Assembly: GCF_036365525.1 (NCBI RefSeq)
Contig: NC_090378.1
Coordinates: forward strand, 119,521,593-119,585,592
Direction of reading: 5' to 3'
Length of the DNA: 64,000 nt
Source of the DNA: Heterodontus francisci
Lineage: Eukaryota
How positions within the stretch are numbered: position 1 is the stretch's first letter; the number at the start of each line of letters is the position of its first letter. Under the pieces are notes generated by a model. That model saw nothing but the letters and a program-made list of their open reading frames with translations, did not search any database and was not told where the DNA came from. The position numbers and the translations under genes are program-made. Positions 11,422 to 23,789 of this stretch are shown piece after piece.

Positions 11422-11791
11422 TGATTACAGCTCCTTGTTCAGTCTGCTCCGCCCTCACCACTGATCAAGCCATGTAACCTCCTGTCACACTGAGTGAAAT
11501 TACAATCGATATCATAGTGTCAGTCACAGAAAACAACAGCATCACAGTCTGAGTCACTGGGACAGACATCACTGCCTCACATCAAAGAACAGACCCCTTA
11601 TCCCCTCTCACCATGTTCATAAACCATACAGTAGAGAAAATATACTGACAAACACCACCTTATATTAAACACTCACATCCATAGAACACCTTCAGAGGTA
11701 GAGGATGGGACAGAGATTGAGAGAGATAGATAGAAAGAGAGAGTGAGATGGAGAGAGAGAGAGATAGACTCTGTGTCAGCTCCTGTACATG

Positions 11792-14700
11792 TTTTTTCTT
11801 ATTCATTCATGGGATGTGGGCATCACTGGCTAGGCCAGCATTTATTGTCCATCCCTAATTGCCCTTGAGAAGGTGATGGTGAGCTGCCTTCTTGAACCGC
11901 TGCAGTCCATTTGGGGTAGGTATACCCACAGTGCTGTTAAGAAGGGAGTTCCAGGATTTTGACCCAACGACAGTGAAGAAATGGGAATATAGTTCCAAGT
12001 CAGGATGGTGTGTGACTTGGAGGGGAACTTGCAGGTGGTCGTGTTCCCATGCATCTGCTGCCCTTGTCCATCTAGGTGGTAGATGTCACAGGTTTGGAAG
12101 GTGTTGCCTAAGGAGGCTTGGTGTCTTACTGCAGTGCATCTTGTAGATGGTACACACTGCTGCCATTGTAGGTCTCTTGTGGAGGGAGTGAATGTTTGTG
12201 GATGGGGTGCCAATCAAGCAGGCTGCTTTGTCCTGGATGGTATCGAGCTTCTTGAGTGTTGTTGGAGCTGTACCCATCCAGGCAAGTGGAGAGTATTCCA
12301 TCACACTCCTGACTTGTGCCTTGTAGATGGTGGACAGGCTTTGGGGAGTCAGGAGGTGAGTTACCCGCCACAGGATTCCTAGCCTCTGACCTGCTCTTGT
12401 AGCCACGGTATTTATATGGCTACTTCAGTTCAGTTTCTGGTCAATGGTAACCCCCAGGATATTGATTGTGGAGCATTCCGCGATTGTAATGCCATTGAAT
12501 GTCAAGGGAAAATATTTAGATTCTTACTTGTTGGAGATGGTCAGTGCCTGGCACTTGTGTGGCGCGAATGTTACTTGCCACTTATTAGCCCAAGCCTGGA
12601 TATTGTCCAGGTCTTGCTGCATTTCTACACGGACTGCTTCAGTATCTGAGGAGTCACAAATGGTGCTGAACATTGTGCAATCATCAGCGAACATCCCCAC
12701 TTCTGACCTTATAATTGAAGGAAGCTCATTGATGAAGCAGCTGAAGATGGTTGGGCCCAGGACACTACCCTACAGAACTCCTGCAGTGTTGTCCTGGAGC
12801 TCAGATGATTGATCTCCAACAACCACAACCATCTTCCTTTGTGCTAGGTATGACTCCAGCCAGTGGAGGGTTTCCCCCTGATTCCCATTGACCTCAGTTT
12901 TGCTCGGGCTCTTTGATGCCATACTCTGTCAAATGCTGCCTTGATGTCAAGGGCGGTCACTCTCACCTCACCTCTTGAGTTCAGCTCTTTTGTCCATGTT
13001 TGAACCAAGGCTGTAATGAGGTCAGGAGCTGAGTGGCCCTAGCGGAACCCAAACTGAGCGTCACTGAGCCGGTTATTGCTAAGCAGGTGCCGCTTGATGG
13101 CACTGTTGATGACACCTTCCATCACTTTACCGATGATTGCGAGTCGGCTGATGGGGCGGTAATTGGCCGGGTTGGATTTGTCCAGCTTTTTGTGTATAGG
13201 ATATACCTGGGCAATTTTCCACATTGCAGGGTAGATGCCAGTGTTGTACCTGAACTGGAACAGCTTGGCTATGGGCGCAACAAGTTCTGGAGCACAGGCC
13301 TTCAGTATTGTTGTTGGAATGTTATCAGGGCCCATAGCTTTTGCAGTATCCAGTGCCTTCAGTTGTATCTTGATATCACGCGGAGTGAATCGCATTGGCT
13401 GCAGTCTGGCATCTGTGATGTTGGGGACTTCAGGAGGAGGCTGAGATGGATCATCTACTCAGGACTTTTGGCTGAAGATTGTTGCAAATGGTTCAGCCTT
13501 ATCTTTTGCACTGATGTGCTGGGCTCCCCCATCATTGAGGTTGGGGATATTTGTGGAGCCTCCTCTTCCAGTTAGTTGTTTAATTGTCCACCACCATTCA
13601 CGACTGGATGTGGCAGGACTGCAGAGCTTAGATCTGATCCGTTGGTTATGGGATTGCTTAGCTCTGTCTATCGCATGCTGCTTACGCAGTTTGGCAGGCA
13701 AGTAGTCCTGTGTTGTAGCTCCACCGGGTTGGCACCTCATTTTGAGGTATGCCTGGTGCTTCTCCTGGCATGCCCTCCTGCACTCTTCATTGAACCAGGG
13801 TTGATCCCCCGGCTTGATGGTAATGATAGAGTGGGGGATATGCCAGGCCATGAGGTTACAGATTGTGATTGAGTACAATTCTGCTGCTGCTGATGGCCCA
13901 TAGTGCCTCATGGATGCCCAGTTTTGAGTTGCTAGATCTGTTCAAAATTTATCCCATTTAGCACGGTGCTAGTGCTACACAACATTATGGAGGGTATCTT
14001 CAATACGAAGACGGGACTTCGTCTCCACATTGATTGTGCGGTGGTCACTCCGACCAATACTGTCATGGACAGAAGCATCTGTGGCAGGCAGCTTGGTGAG
14101 GATGAGGTCAAGTATGTTTTACCCTATTATTGGTTCACTCACCACCTACTGCAGACAGTCTTGCAGCTATGTCATTTAGGACTTGGCCAGCTCAGTCAGT
14201 AGTGGTGCTACCGAGCTACTCTTGGTGATGGACATTGAAGACTCCCACCCAGAGTATATTCTGTGCCCTTGCCAGCTTCAGTGTTTCCTCCAAGTGCTGT
14301 TCAACATGGAGGAGTACTGCTTCATCAGCTGAGGGGGGCAGTAGGTGTTAATCAGCAGGAGGTTTCTTTGCCCATGTTTAACCTGATGCCATGAGACTTC
14401 ATGGGGTCTGGAGTCACAGTTGAGGACACCCTCCCAACTGTATACCACTGTGCTGTCCCCTCTGCTGGTTCTGTCCTGCCGGTGGGACAGGACATAGGCG
14501 GGGATGGGGATGGTGATGGCAGTATCTGGGGCATTGTCTGCAAGGTATGATTACGTGAGTATATCTATGTCAGGCTGTTGCTTGACTAGTCTGTGGGACA
14601 GCTCTCCCAATTTTGGCACAATCCCTAGGTGTTAGGAAGGAGGGCTTTGCAGGGTTGACAGGACTGGATTTTTCGTTGTCATTTCTGGTGCCCAGGTCAA

Positions 14701-15049
14701 TGATGTGTGGTCCGTCCAGTTTCATTCCTTATTGACTTTGTAGCAACTAGATACAACTGAGTGGCTTGCTAGGCCATCTCAGAAGGCATTAAGTATAAAA
14801 CGCATTGGGACTGGAATCACATATAGGCCAGACCAAGTATGGATGGCAGATTTCCTTCCCTAAAGGGAATTAGAGAACCAGATGGGCTTTGACAACAATC
14901 GGCAATGGTTTCATAGCCATCATTAATTCCAGATTTATTAACTGAATGCAAGTTTCACCTTCTGCACTGATGGGATTTGAACCCATCTCCCCAGAGTAAT
15001 ACCCTGGGTCGCTCGTCCAGTGACAGTACCACTACACCACCACCTCCCC
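11792..15049 (-). mobile_element. Apparently full-length ~3.26-kb CR1-group LINE (APE+RT, decayed) with tRNA-derived 5' head and no ORF1
   Basis: A box TGGTGTAGTGG 15039-15029 and B box GGTTCAAATCC 14983-14973. Endonuclease region from about 14650; RT (KAMGPDNIP...NYRPIS...QFGFR); tail AATAAATGCTGGCC...ATGAATGAATAAGAAAAAA. ACATGT at both flanks. Confidence 0.85.
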
Positions 15050-15665
15050 ACATGTAAGAGTGAAGAAGTCTTATTGCAGTTCGATCGGACCTTGCTGAGA
15101 CCACACCTGGTGAACTGTGGACAGTTTTGGTCTCTTTACCTAAGGCAGGATATACTGGCCTTGGAAGGAGTGCAGCAAAGATTCACCAGACTGATTCCTG
15201 GGATGAGGGGATTGTCCTATGAGGAGAGATTGAGTAGACTGGGACATTATTCCCTGAAATGTAGAAGAATGAGAGGTGATCTGATTGAAAGATATACAAT
15301 TTGTAATGTGATTGACAGGGTAGATACTGGGAGGATGTTTTCGCCTGGCTGGGGAATCTAGAACTAGGGGTCCCAGTCTCAGAATAAGGGGTCGGCCATT
15401 TCGGACTGAGATAAGGAGAAATTTCTTCACTCAAGATGTTGTGAATCTTTGGAATCTTTGGAATTCTGTATCCCAGAGAGCTGTGGATGCTCAGTCCTTG
15501 AGTATATTGAAGACAGGGGTCCATACATTTTTGGTTACAACAGAAATTAAGGAATAGGGGATAGTACGGGAAGGTGGAATTGAGTGAGAAGACCAGCCAT
15601 GATCATATTGAATGGTGGAGTAGATTCAAAGGGCCGAATGGCCTCCCCTGCTCCTATTTCTGGTG
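15050..15665 (+). mobile_element. CR1 (HER1-like) 3' fragment
   Basis: ORF 15020-15361 (LRPHL.NCGQFWS...LEGVQQRFTRLIPGMRGLSYEERL...RGDLIE) plus CR1 tail. Confidence 0.85.
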
Positions 15666-15887
15666 TGATTATAATTGTGTCAGTGTGTGTTAATAATAAA
15701 TGGGTTTCCTCTGTTTTAACTGGTCATTATTTAATGATTGAGCTGTTACCCAGGATAAGCTGCAGAAGGTCCAGTTTCTAACCAGAAACTCACCACTCGG
15801 GCTCTTGGTCAACATGAACTGGTTACTGTCCCGCCCTCCCTGACTAGTCTCTGAGTTACTGTATTTAAAATGTACATTTTCCTTTAA

Positions 15888-16537
15888 TCCATCCACTGCA
15901 GTCTCCAGCCAGGGCTCCATTCATCCAGTGCAGTCTCCAGCCAGGGCTCCGTTCATCCAGTGCAGTCTCCAGGCCAGGGCTCCATTCATCCAGTGCAGTC
16001 TCCAGCCAAGGCTCCATTCATCCAGTGCAGTCTCCAGCCAGGGTTCCATTCATCCAGTGCAGTCTCCAGCCAAGGCTCCATTCATCCACTGCAGTCTGCA
16101 GCCAGGGCTCCATTCAACCACTGCAGTCTCCAGCCAGGGCTCCATTCATCCAGTGCCGTCTCCAGCCAGGGCTCCATTCATCCAGTGCAGTCTCTAGCCA
16201 GGGCTCCATTCATCCAGTGCAGTCTCCAGCCAGGGTTCCATTCATCCAGTGCAGTCTCCAGCCAAGGCTCCATTCATCCACTGCAGTCTGCAGCCAGGGC
16301 TCCATTCATCCACTGCAGTCTCCAGCCAGGGCTCCATTCATCCAGTGCCGTCTCCAGCCAGGGCTCCATTCATCCAGTGCAGTCTCTAGCCAGGGCTCCA
16401 TTCATCCAGTGCAGTCTCCAGCCAGGGCTCCATTCATCCAGTGCAGTCTCCAGCCAGGGCTCCATTCATCCAGTGCAGGCTCCAGCCAGGGCTCCGTCCA
16501 TCCAGTGCCGTCTCCAGCCAAGGCTCCATTCATCCAT
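15888..16537. repeat. 32-bp minisatellite, about 20 units
   Basis: Unit TCCAGCCAGGGCTCCATTCATCCAGTGCAGTC. Confidence 0.95.
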
Positions 16538-16665
16538 CACATCAGTAAAACGTACAAGGTGAAAACCATCGAACTGTAATAGTGGAGACTGTCGTCAGGA
16601 TGGGGGAGCAGGGAGCTGCATGGATTGGTGGAGGGACATCCTCTTTCCTCTCAGATACACACCTC

Positions 16666-17293
16666 CCTGAGCTCCATCCCTCCCTCCATCCAAGCTCCAT
16701 CCCTCCCTCTATCTGATCTCCATCCCTCCATCTATCTGAGCTCCATCCCTCCCTCTATCTGAGCTCCATCCCTCCCTCTGTCTGAGCTCCATCCCTCACT
16801 CTATCTGAGCTTCATCCCTCCCTGTGTCCGAGCTCCATCCCTCCCTCTGTCTGAGCTCCATCCCTCCCTCTATCTGAGCTCCATCCCTCCCTCCATCCGA
16901 GCTCCATCCCTCCCTCTATCTGATCTCCATCCCTCCATCTATCTGAGCTCCATCCCTCCCTCTATCTGAGCTCCATCCCTCCCTCTGTCTGAGCTCCATC
17001 CCTCCCTCTGTCTGAGCTCCATCCCTCCCTCTATCTGAGCTTCATCCCTCCCTGTGTCTGAGCTCCATCCCTCCCTCTGTCTGAGCTCCACCCCTCCCTC
17101 TATCTGATCTCCATCTCTCCATCTATCTGAGCTCCATCCCTCCCTCTATCTGAGCTCCATCCCTCCCTCTGTCTGAGCTCCATCCCTCCCTCTGTCTGAG
17201 CTCCATCCCTCCCTCTATCTGAGCTTCATCCCTCCCTGTGTCTGAGCTCCATCCCTCCCTCTGTCTGAGCTCCATCCCTCCCTCTATTTGAGC
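16666..17293. repeat. 23-bp pyrimidine-rich minisatellite, about 27 units
   Basis: Unit TGAGCTCCATCCCTCCCTCTATC. Confidence 0.95.
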
Positions 17294-18114
17294 TGCTGGG
17301 AGTCAGACCTGAGTTTGTTACATTTAATACCATTCAGAATAATGTCTGCATATTTTAAGTGTAAGTTTGATGAAATAAATTTGAACAGCACCAAAAACAT
17401 TACAAATGGCTACTACATTTGGCAAAGTAGAAACCACAGCATTGTGTCAATGAGCATAGAACTAATGAAAGGGAGAATAAAAACTTTATGAATATGATTA
17501 TCAGAAATGTGTCATTATTATATTTAAAAAGGTCTCCTTGTCAGTAAAGATATATCCTGTTGAGTAATATATGCAGACAGGCTGTGCTAAAGTTGGACAA
17601 TGTTGAGATGTTGATTTCATGTTTTAACAATAAGCAGAATTAAGTTAACAAGATGTGAACAAGATGAGCAGAAATTGTTTACAGATGCTGATGACAGCCT
17701 CTGTGTTCCTCAGAGGGTCCCAGTTGTGTTGTTCACAAACCATGTTTTGCAGCCAGGCTGCTCTTCTTAAAGGCAGGCTGTCCCTTTTAAAGGAAATCTG
17801 AACTGAATAATATTGCTGCAGTTTAAATGATGCCAAACAGAATGCCAGGGGAGGGAGGGGCTTCAAGGATGACAGAGGCATGAACAGTGGAGGTGGGTAG
17901 GAGCAGAGATACCATGGTTCTTCAGGGGGTGGGGGTTGCGGTTAGGATGCATTGGTGGGTGTGTGAGGGTGAGGTGGAGTATTTGACTGTCAGGAGTGAA
18001 TCCTGAGTGCTCGGGATTGTTACTGGGTGAGTGATGGGGGTGTGGTACAATGAGCAGGAGGAGAGGTTGGTGCTGTGCTTGGTGGGAGATGTCCTGTGAA
18101 GATACATTCACTGA

Positions 18115-18345
18115 CCTTGACCACCCTGTGAGGTCACTGAACTTCTCGCGACACTGCTGTCAGGTCCTCAGGTCCAGACTCCAGGAATTGACCTCCCTGG
18201 TCATCGCTCCCATTCTCTTCTGAGAGTTTTGCTTTGAGGGCCTCCTGGCTTCTTGTGCAAACATTGATTCTCTCCTCCTTTGTACCTCCTCTATTAATGT
18301 CTCCAGTGTCACATCGGGAAACTTGGGAGCCCTCTCTCTGCTCTC
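18115..18345 (-). pseudogene. Myb/SANT-like DNA-binding domain remnant (Harbinger accessory-gene type)
   Basis: Manual translation RERAPKFPDVTLETLIEEVQRRRESMF...REVNSWSLDLRT*QQCREKFSDL, with an internal stop. Confidence 0.65.
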
Positions 18346-18349
18346 CAGC

Positions 18350-20453
18350 CTGTGTTTTCAGGTACATCACACTTCACAGTCCAGTCTGTGTACTCAAGTA
18401 GATCACACTTCACAGTCCAGTCTGTGTACTCAGATACATCACACTTCACAATCCAGTCTGTTTACTCAAGTAGATCACACTTCACAGTCCAGTCTGTGTA
18501 CTCAGATACATCACACTTCACAATCCAGTCTGTGTACTCAGGAACATCACACTTCACAATCCAGTCTGTGTACTCAGATACATCACACTTCACAATCCAG
18601 TCTGTGTACTCAGATACATCACACTTCACAATCCAGTCTGTGTACTCAGGAACATCACACTTCACAATCCAGTCTGTGTACTCAGATACATCACACTTCA
18701 CAATCCAGTCTGTGTACTCAAGTAGATCACACTTCACAATCCAGTCTGTGTACTCAAGTAGATCACACTTCACAGTCCAGTCTGTGTACTCAAGTAGATC
18801 ACACTTCACAGTCCAGTCTGTGTACTCAGATACATCACACTTCACAATCCAGTCTGTTTACTCAAGTAGATCACACTTCACAGTCCAGTCTGTGTACTCA
18901 GATACATCACACTTCACAATCCAGTCTGTGTACTCAGGAACATCACACTTCACAATCCAGTCTGTGTACTCAGATACATCACACTTCACAATCCAGTCTG
19001 TGTACTCAGATACATCACACTTCACAATCCAGTCTGTGTACTCAGGAACATCACACTTCACAATCCAGTCTGTGTACTCAGATACATCACACTTCACAAT
19101 CCAGTCTGTGTACTCAAGTAGATCACACTTCACAATCCAGTCTGTGTACTCAGGTACATCACACTTCACAATCCAGTCTGTGTACTCAGATACATCACAC
19201 TTCACAATCCAGTCTGTGTACTCAGATACATCACACTTCACAATCCAGTCTGTGTACTCAGGAACATCACACTTCACAATCCAGTCTGTGTACTCAGATA
19301 CATCACACTTCACAATCCAGTCTGTGTACTCAAGTAGATCACACTTCACAGTCCAGTCTGTGTACTCAGGTACATCACACTTCACAATCCAGTCTGTGTA
19401 CTCAAGTAGATCACACTTCACAATCCAGTCTGTGTACTCAGGTACATCACACTTCACAATCCAGTCTGTGTACTCAGATACATCACACTTCACAATCCAG
19501 TCTGTGTACTCAGATACATCACACTTCACAATCCAGTCTGTGTACTCAACTAGATCACACTTCACAATCCAGTCTGTGTACTCAGGTACATCACACTTCA
19601 CAATCCAGTCTGTGTACTCAGATACATCACACTTCACAATCCAGTCTGTGTACTCAGGAACATCACACTTCACAATCCAATCTGTGTACTCAGGTACATC
19701 ACACTTCACAATCCAGTCTGTGTACTCAGGTACATCACACTTCACAATCCAAACTGTGTCCTCAAGTAGATCACACTTCACAATCCAGTCTGTGTACTCA
19801 GGTACATCACACTTCACAGTCCAGTCTGTGTACTCAGGTACATCACACTTCACAATCCAGTCTGTGTACTCAGGTACATCACACTTCACAATCCAATCTA
19901 TGTACTCAGGAACATCACAATTCACAATCCGGTCTGCATACTCAGGAACATCACACTTCACCATCCAGTCTGTGTACTCAGGTACATCACACTTCACAAT
20001 CCAGTCTGTGTTCTCAGGAACATCACACTTCACAATCCAGTCTGTGTACTCAGGTACATCACACTTCACAGTCCAGTCTGTGTACTCAGGTACATCACAC
20101 TTCACAGTCCAGTCTGTGTACTCAGGTACATCACACTTCACAATCCAGTCTGTGTACTCAGGTACATCACACTTCACAGTCCAGTCTGTGTACTCAGGTA
20201 CATCACACTTCACAGTCCAGTCTGTGTACTCAGGTACATCACACTTCACAGTCCAGTCTGTGTACTCAGGTCCATCACACTTCACAGTCCAGTCTGTGTA
20301 CTCAGGTACATCACACTTCACAGTTGAGTCTGTGTACTCAGGTACATCACACTTCACAATCCAGTCTGTGTACTCAGGTACATCACACTTCACAGTCCAG
20401 TCTGTGTACTCAGGTACATCACACTTCACAATCCAGTCTGTGTACTCAGGTAC
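18350..20453. repeat. 36-bp minisatellite, block 1 (about 58 units)
   Basis: Unit GGTACATCACACTTCACAATCCAGTCTGTGTACTCA with variants. Confidence 0.97.
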
Positions 20454-21832
20454 TTTTTTTTTTTATTTCCAAAATATACTTTATTCATAAAAATCTGTAA
20501 AAATTACATTGCCAAACAGTTTCCAAACTGCACCAAAAAATACAAACATTGCAAGGGAGATCAGTTTCCTTTAATACTGTCATGAGTTTCTTCCCAACCC
20601 CTCCGTTTCACAATTGTCATGTCAATTACAGTTTTACATTTACAACAATTGAGAATATTAACGATACAGTTCGAGGGGTTTCCCATGGATCCAGCCCCTC
20701 AGTCCAGCTTGGTGGGGGAACCTTACACTGTGGTCTTTCCCCATTGAGCCTTTGCTGCGGCTGCCCCAAGCTTTAGTGCGTCCCTCAGCACGTAGTCCTG
20801 GACCTTGGAATGTGCCAGTCTGCAACATTCGGTGGTGGACAACTCTTTGCGCTGGAAGACCAGCAAGTTTCGGGCAGACCAAAGGGCGTCTTTCACCGAA
20901 TTGATAGTCCTCCAGCAGCAGTTGATGTTTGTCTCGGTGTGCGTCCCTGGGAACAGCCCGTAGAGCACAGACTCCTGTGTTACAGAGCTGCTTGGGATGA
21001 ACCTTGACAAAAACCACTGCATCTCTTTCCACACCTGCTTTGCAAAGGCACATTCCAGGAGGAGGTGGGCGACCGTCTCTTCCCCACCACAGCCAACGCG
21101 GGGGCACTGTGCGGAGGGGGCGAGACTTCGGGTGTGCATGAAGGATCTGACGGGGAGGGCCCTTCTCACCACCAGCCAAGCTACGTCTTGGTGCTTGTTT
21201 GAAAGTTCTGGTGATGAGGCATTCCGCCAAATGACTTTGACGGTCTGCTCGGGGAACCATCCGACAGGATCCACCGTTTCCTTTTCCCGTAGGGCCTTGA
21301 GGACATTCCGTGAAGACCACTGCCTGATGGACCGGTGGTCAAAGGTGTTTTTCCGCAGAAACTGCTCCACGAAGGATAGGTGGTATGGCGCCGCCCAACT
21401 GCATGGTGCGTTCCGCGGCAATGTGACCAGGCCCATCCTTCGCAACACCGGGGACAGATAGAACCTCAGCACGTAGTGACACTTGGAGTTTGCGTACTGG
21501 GGATCTACACATAGCTTGATGCAGCCGCACACGAAGGTGGTCATCAGGATGAGGGCCACGTTGGGTACATTTTTCCCGCCCATGTCCAGAGATTTGAACA
21601 TCGTGTCCCTCCGGACCCGGTCCATTTTAGATCCCCAGACGAAGCGGAAAATGGCTCGGGTGACTGCCACGGCGCAGGAGTGGGATATGGGCCAGACCTG
21701 CGCCACGTAGAGCAACAACGTGAGCGCCTCGCACCTGATGACCAGGTTCTTACCCACAATGGAGAGAGATCGCTGCCCCCACATGCCCAACTTTTGTCGT
21801 ACCTTGGCTACTCGCTCCTCCCATGTTTTGGT
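20454..21832 (-). mobile_element. 5'-truncated Tx1/L1-clade non-LTR retrotransposon
   Basis: Uninterrupted 355-aa ORF2 C-terminus (20723-21790) with WGQRSLSIVGK, GGKNVPNV and zinc finger CPRVGCGGEETVAHLLLEC. Has a 3' UTR and poly(A) (T-run at 20454). Confidence 0.9.
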
Positions 21833-22799
21833 ACTTCACAGTTGAGTCTGTGTACTCAGGTACATCACACTTCACAGTCCAGTCTGTGTACTCAGGTACA
21901 TCACACTTCACAGTCCAGTCTGTGTACTCAGGTACATCACACTTCACAATCCAGTCTGTGTACTCAGATACATCACACTTCACAATCCAGTCTGTGTACT
22001 CAGATACATCACACTTCACAATCCAGTCTGTGTACTCAACTAGATCACACTTCACAATCCAGTCTGTGTACTCAGGTACATCACACTTCACAATCCAGTC
22101 TGTGTACTCAGATACATCACACTTCACAATCCAGTCTGTGTACTCAGGAACATCACACTTCACAATCCAATCTGTGTACTCAGGTACATCACACTTCACA
22201 ATCCAGTCTGTGTACTCAGGTACATCACACGTCACAGTCCAGTCTGTGTACTCAGGTACATCACACTTCACAATCCAAACTGTGTCCTCAAGTAGATCAC
22301 ACTTCACAATCCAGTCTGTGTACTCAGGTACATCACACTTCACAGTCCAGTCTGTGTACTCAGGTACATCACACTTCACAATCCAGTCTGTGTACTCAGG
22401 TACATCACACTTCACAATCCAATCTATGTACTCAGGAACATCACAATTCACAATCCGGTCTGCATACTCAGGAACATCACACTTCACAATCCAGTCTGTG
22501 TACTCAGGTACATCACACTTCACAATCCAGTCTGTGTACTCAGGTACATCACACTTCACAGTCCAGTCTGTGTACTCAGGTACATCACACTTCACAGTCC
22601 AGTCTGTGTACTCAGGTCCATCACACTTCACAGTCCAGTCTGTGTACTCAGGTACATCACACTTCACAGTTGAGTCTGTGTACTCAGGTACATCACACTT
22701 CACAATCCAGTCTGTGTACTCAGGTACATCACACTTCACAGTCCAGTCTGTGTACTCAGGTACATCACACTTCACAATCCAGTCTGTGTACTCAGGTAC
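21833..22799. repeat. 36-bp minisatellite, block 2 (about 27 units)
   Basis: Same unit. Variant order copies the end of block 1. Confidence 0.97.
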
Positions 22800-23190
22800 T
22801 TTTTTTTTTTATTTCCAAAATATACTTTATTCATAAAAATCTGTAAAAATTACATTGCCAAACAGTTTCCAAACTGCACCAAAAAATACAAACATTGCAA
22901 GGGAGATCAGTTTCCTTCAATACTGTCATGAGTTTCTTCCCAACCCCTCCGTTTCACAATTGTCATGTCAATTACAGTTTTACATTTACAACAATTCAGA
23001 ATATTAACGATACAGTTCGAGGGGTTTCCCATGGATCCAGCCCCTCAGTCCAGCTTGGTGGGGGAACCTTACACTGTGGTCTTTCCCCATTGAGCCTTTG
23101 CTGCGGCTGCCCCAAGCTTTAGTGCGTCCCTCAGCACGTAGTCCTGGACCTTGGAATGTGCCAGTCTGCAACATTCGGTGGTGGTGGACA
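22800..23190 (-). mobile_element. Second, shorter copy of the Tx1-like 3' end
   Basis: Near-identical to 20454-20840 (two substitutions and an extra GGT seen). Followed by a final satellite part-unit, TCACACTTCACAATCCAGT. Confidence 0.9.
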
Positions 23191-23789
23191 TCACACTTCA
23201 CAATCCAGTATGAATACAACATGCAGTGTTTCACTCACAAGTCTTATCCTAATTCTACTTTATCTACAGCTACATTCCATTCATACTGCCACTGAGTCAG
23301 AGGACATCAAAGATACATAAAAGTGATTTCAGAATAACCACATGGAGCCAGCAAAGGCTCTTTATTCCTCTCTATCCCTTCAAATCATCCTGTTCCAATG
23401 GTTACATTGCCCTCTGAAGCTCCATGATTATATTGCTGTTACAAATTCCTCTGATGATTTGAATAATATAAACACAAGTGAGCAGATTAACATTTCCAGA
23501 GTATCAGAGACATGGATGAGTGAATTGCAGTACAAGTAGAGGCCACCCCAATGTCTGAGTGCTCCAGTCGAAGCTCAGACTGTGGTATTGTAATCTGAGC
23601 TTGCTGCCACACAGGCTCAGACTGCTGCCATCATGGCTGTGGATGCCAGTGCTCAAAGGGGCTTGCAGGCTCACCCAGCAGCCCAGCACCAAGTCCAGCT
23701 TGATGGAGTACTGCTTCAAAAGATACCTAACTCGGAGAATTGGGGATTGAGGGAATTCAGTGCAATGACTGAAGAGATTCTATTCTGAT

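Noticed and set aside
14973-15049. tRNA gene (also 26060-26133)
   Set aside because: A and B boxes are present but run into SINE/LINE body sequence; these are retroposon heads, not tRNA genes.
16666-17293. CCTCCCT PRDM9-like hotspot motif array
   Set aside because: That motif is specific to human PRDM9 alleles and has no basis in this lineage.
20697-20731. CACAGTG (minus) in the Tx1 element as an RSS
   Set aside because: Poor nonamer, and it lies at the ORF2 end of a retrotransposon.
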